36,262 nucleotides of DNA, taken from IMG/VR virus record IMGVR_UViG_3300037502_001229, positions 1 through 36,262 of that record; one strand, written 5' to 3'. Position numbers and translations under genes: made by a program. Positions 33,591-36,262 of the stretch are shown piece by piece (within the stretch, counting starts at the first letter, position 1; every line of letters begins with the position of its first letter). The DNA comes from a virus (Duplodnaviria; Caudoviricetes). The notes beneath the pieces are model-generated. The model saw only the letters and a list, made by a program, of their open reading frames with translations. It was not told the DNA's origin and did no database searches.

Positions 33591-33839
33591 ATGGCTTTAG
33601 AAAAAAAAGTAGTAGTAGACCTAGCTGAAGTAGTCGAAAACGGTAGCGTACAAGTTCGCACCAAGACCGCCATCAAAGAAGATGGCGTTGAGATCAGCAG
33701 CAAGTTCCACCGACACATTGTCGCTCCCGGTGATGACTACAGCGGCGAGGATGCCCGTGTGCAGGCTCTTTGTGCAGCCACTCACACCGCTGAAGTGATT
33801 GAAGCATACAAGGCAGCCATCGCTGCACAAGGAGTCTGA
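33591..33839 (+). CDS. Tail-associated hypothetical protein (VQVR...EDG.EIS..FHR)
   Basis: RBS GGAG; 82 aa. Confidence 0.75.
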   Translation: MALEKKVVVDLAEVVENGSVQVRTKTAIKEDGVEISSKFHRHIVAPGDDYSGEDARVQALCAATHTAEVIEAYKAAIAAQGV

Positions 33840-33840
33840 T

Positions 33841-34194
33841 ATGTCCACCAATTCGCAAATTGCATTCACCCCCCTTGGCAAGACTGTCGTGGTTGCTGCC
33901 GCAGGCACAGCCCCCGCCGGCGTACAGGCTCCAGTCTCTGAGAAGTTCAACCCCCAGAACGCAGGCCAGTACCGCTTTGTGAACGCAGGCACGAACACCG
34001 TGTTCTTGGGCACTGGCCCGACTGCTGCACTGGCCCAAGCTGCTTCCGTTGCTCCTGTCGCTGGCACACCTTCGGACGCCATTGTCTTGGTGCCTGGCGC
34101 TGTTGAAATTCTTCGATTTAATCGGGACACTTTCTTCAGCGGTTTGGCCTCAGGCGCGACTACTGTTTACATCACACCAGGTCAGGGGATCTAA
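33841..34194 (+). CDS. Putative virion beta protein
   Basis: RBS AAGGAG; ends VYITPGQGI. Confidence 0.7.
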   Translation: MSTNSQIAFTPLGKTVVVAAAGTAPAGVQAPVSEKFNPQNAGQYRFVNAGTNTVFLGTGPTAALAQAASVAPVAGTPSDAIVLVPGAVEILRFNRDTFFSGLASGATTVYITPGQGI

Positions 34195-34611
34195 ATGACT
34201 GGCTCCGAAGCAGCAGGCGGGTGGCTCGTGGGCAAACTTGCCCCTGCTATCGGTGGCCTTTTTGGTGGTCTTAGTTTGGCTATGTTTTGGACTCCTGAAA
34301 AGCTCAAAGAAAAAGGAAAGATCGCCAGCATCTTTATTGCTGGTGGTATTTCGGCAATGTCAGGTTTTGCTTTCACAGGCCTTGTTGCTATACAACTTGG
34401 CATTGACCAGCAAAAAATTGATTTAATTATTGGCTTGAGTTGGGCGCTCGGTTTGTCATCCATTGCAATAGTCAACTGGATGGCCAACTTCATGGCAAAG
34501 CGCGAGCATTTGGGGATTGATCAAGTCGCCCAAGACTTGAATGCAATGCGTAAAGGTCAAACACCCAAGCCACCAGTCCAACGTGTTCGACGTTTAAGGG
34601 TTAAAAAATGA
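34195..34611 (+). CDS. Holin-like membrane protein
   Basis: About 3 TM segments and a basic C-tail; start of the lysis cassette. Confidence 0.6.
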   Translation: MTGSEAAGGWLVGKLAPAIGGLFGGLSLAMFWTPEKLKEKGKIASIFIAGGISAMSGFAFTGLVAIQLGIDQQKIDLIIGLSWALGLSSIAIVNWMANFMAKREHLGIDQVAQDLNAMRKGQTPKPPVQRVRRLRVKK

Positions 34612-34913
34612 GTGTCGGTGCATGGTTGCTGATTGTGCTGATCATTGAAACTGTCGCCATTCTGTGCGTGGCTTACATGTCTTTCAGTGGCTTTTTTTCG
34701 CCTATGCGTTTGCTCGCCAAAATCGGCATCTTGATAATGACCACGGGTCTGATAGTGCAAATCACGCGAAGTTTGCATTACTTTGAATTTGGCTCATATC
34801 CGGTTGATACTTTCTTTCCATTGTGGATAACTAAAGACATTGGTGCATCAATCTTAGTCTTTGATTTGATGTTGCTTTACTTCCAAAACAGAATCGCACA
34901 AAAGGAGTCATGA
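34608..34913 (+). CDS. Membrane protein (about 3 TM), lysis cassette
   Basis: Hydrophobic; ATGA-coupled. Confidence 0.6.
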   Translation: MSVGAWLLIVLIIETVAILCVAYMSFSGFFSPMRLLAKIGILIMTTGLIVQITRSLHYFEFGSYPVDTFFPLWITKDIGASILVFDLMLLYFQNRIAQKES

Positions 34914-35323
34914 TGTTTCAACTTTCAGCACTGCTCGGCATCGGTGAAAAGCTGATTGATAAGCTAATTCCTGACCCCCAAGCCAAAGCCCATGCCCAAA
35001 TTGAACTTGCAAAAATGGCGCAAGATGGTGAGCTTGCAAAGATGGCCAACGAGACAGACCTGTACAAAACAGAACAGGGGAATCTCACTGATCGACTCAA
35101 AGCAGACATGAGCAGTGATTCATGGTTGTCCAAGAACATCAGACCCTTAACGTTGGTTTACATCCTTGTTGCATACCTTCTGCTCGCAATACTTGACGCT
35201 GCACTGGTTGATATTGCTGACGCCTTTGTGGAGTTGTTAGGGCAGTGGGGCATGTTGGTCATGTCGTTTTATTTCGGTGGCCGTACCCTTGAGAAAATCA
35301 TGGACATGAAGGCAAAGAAATGA
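34910..35323 (+). CDS. Holin of 3TMs (GTA-holin-like)
   Basis: LIDKLIPDP, DM.SDSWLSKNIRP, FYFGGRTLEK. Confidence 0.8.
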   Translation: MMFQLSALLGIGEKLIDKLIPDPQAKAHAQIELAKMAQDGELAKMANETDLYKTEQGNLTDRLKADMSSDSWLSKNIRPLTLVYILVAYLLLAILDAALVDIADAFVELLGQWGMLVMSFYFGGRTLEKIMDMKAKK

Positions 35324-35757
35324 ACTTAACCCCCAACTTCACCCTGGAAGAATTGACAGCCAGTGAGACCGCCGAGCGCAACGGATGGGACAACAGCCCC
35401 AATGATCAAGAGTTGGCTAACCTCACCAGGCTTGCTGACTTCTTGGAGCAGGTCAAAGTAGTCATGGGCGGCAAACCCATCATGATCTCGTCAGGCCTGC
35501 GCACAAAGAAGGTCAACGACGCCGTGGGCAGCAAGGACACCAGTCAACACAGAATCGGCTGCGCTGCCGACTTCCGTGTGCCAGGCATGACACCAGACCA
35601 AGTGGTGAAGGCCATCGTTGCCAGCGGCATTGGTTACGACCAGGTCATCCGCGAATTCGACCGCTGGACGCATATCAGCATCCCCAACAGCGTGGACACC
35701 AGCCCACGCAAGCAGGCTTTGATCATCGACCGCATGGGAACAAGGCCTTACGCATAA
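35320..35757 (+). CDS. Endolysin, peptidase M15A family
   Basis: LTPNFTLEEL, ISSG.R...N.AVG....SQH..G.AAD, W.HIS. Confidence 0.88.
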   Translation: MNLTPNFTLEELTASETAERNGWDNSPNDQELANLTRLADFLEQVKVVMGGKPIMISSGLRTKKVNDAVGSKDTSQHRIGCAADFRVPGMTPDQVVKAIVASGIGYDQVIREFDRWTHISIPNSVDTSPRKQALIIDRMGTRPYA

Positions 35758-35957
35758 ACAGCGCAGGCCACCAAAAAGGCTATCCAGAGCATCCCCAGGA
35801 TGCCCAGCACAAACCAGTACGCCACGCGTCTGAGCATGTACCGCCACACAGACTGCGGCAACATCTCAGGCCCGTGCAACTTCTTGCCGATCTTGGCCAC
35901 ACGTACAGGGCAGTTCCGGCCCTGATTGCAGTTTCCGTATTCGTCGCAGCAGTTCAT
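35748..35957 (-). CDS. Small membrane protein with Cys-rich N-terminus (CC...C.QGR.CP.R)
   Basis: RBS GGAGG, ATGA coupling; C-terminal TM; last gene of the leftward operon. Confidence 0.75.
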   Translation of the reverse strand: MNCCDEYGNCNQGRNCPVRVAKIGKKLHGPEMLPQSVWRYMLRRVAYWFVLGILGMLWIAFLVACAVYA

Positions 35958-36262
35958 GGTTTCCTCCAACTCAACATCAATTCCCGGCAATCGTTCCACC
36001 CTGCCTTGTACCCAGGGTGTTCGCTGTTGTCTGTGATCTTGTCGGGCACAGGTGCTGGCTGCTCGCCGTACATGATCCCGTTTCCAATGGCGTGCATCTC
36101 GTCCAGCGTTGCAGGCTGTTGCACCAGTGCTGGCGGTGCTGCGGGTGGGGTGGCTCTGACCTTCTGTAGCAAAGCAACGCGCTCCATGTCCCAGCCCTTT
36201 TGTCTCTCGGCCATCGTGCGGTTGCCGATGTGGTCACATCTCTCTGCGTGATCCATCTGAAC
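35954..36262 (-). CDS. 3' part of origin-spanning mosaic protein
   Basis: In frame with 505..1; ends with GWNDCRELML, reminiscent of Eaa-type C-terminal motifs. Confidence 0.85.
   Translation of the reverse strand, partial: VQMDHAERCDHIGNRTMAERQKGWDMERVALLQKVRATPPAAPPALVQQPATLDEMHAIGNGIMYGEQPAPVPDKITDNSEHPGYKAGWNDCRELMLSWRKP
36184..36262. repeat. Terminal direct repeat, copy 2
   Basis: Identical to 1-79. Confidence 0.95.

Overview
This window looks like a complete, circularly permuted ~36.2 kb P22-like podophage genome: bases 1-79 equal 36184-36262, giving a unit length of 36,183 bp. The leftward early arm carries ERF recombinase, Gp157/Gam-like protein, SSB-like protein, Arc-like RHH regulator and many small accessory genes, including mosaic proteins built from repeat-linked modules. 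The rightward early arm carries a Cro-like HTH, a C4/CI-like antisense-RNA attenuator, a YdaU-type replication initiator with iterons, a P-like loader, HNH and NinG. The late arm carries ParB-MTase, TerS/TerL, portal, a 4-gene insert, scaffold, coat, gp4/gp10-like tail proteins, three ejection proteins, a split tailspike module and a holin/M15 endolysin cassette. I see no integrase, CI repressor, Q/N antiterminator or spanin. The most notable signals are: (i) a ~230-nt highly structured, possibly two-state RNA at the head of the late operon, directly followed by an unannotated 42-aa secreted disulfide peptide; (ii) in-frame ~50-nt DNA repeats separating variable coding cassettes across the origin; (iii) a C4-like RNA controlling the replication gene in a CI-less phage; (iv) a portal C-terminal extension plus insert including an ART-PolyVal-like protein. 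All calls are by eye from motifs and synteny; no searches were run. A Burkholderiales-type host is only an inference.
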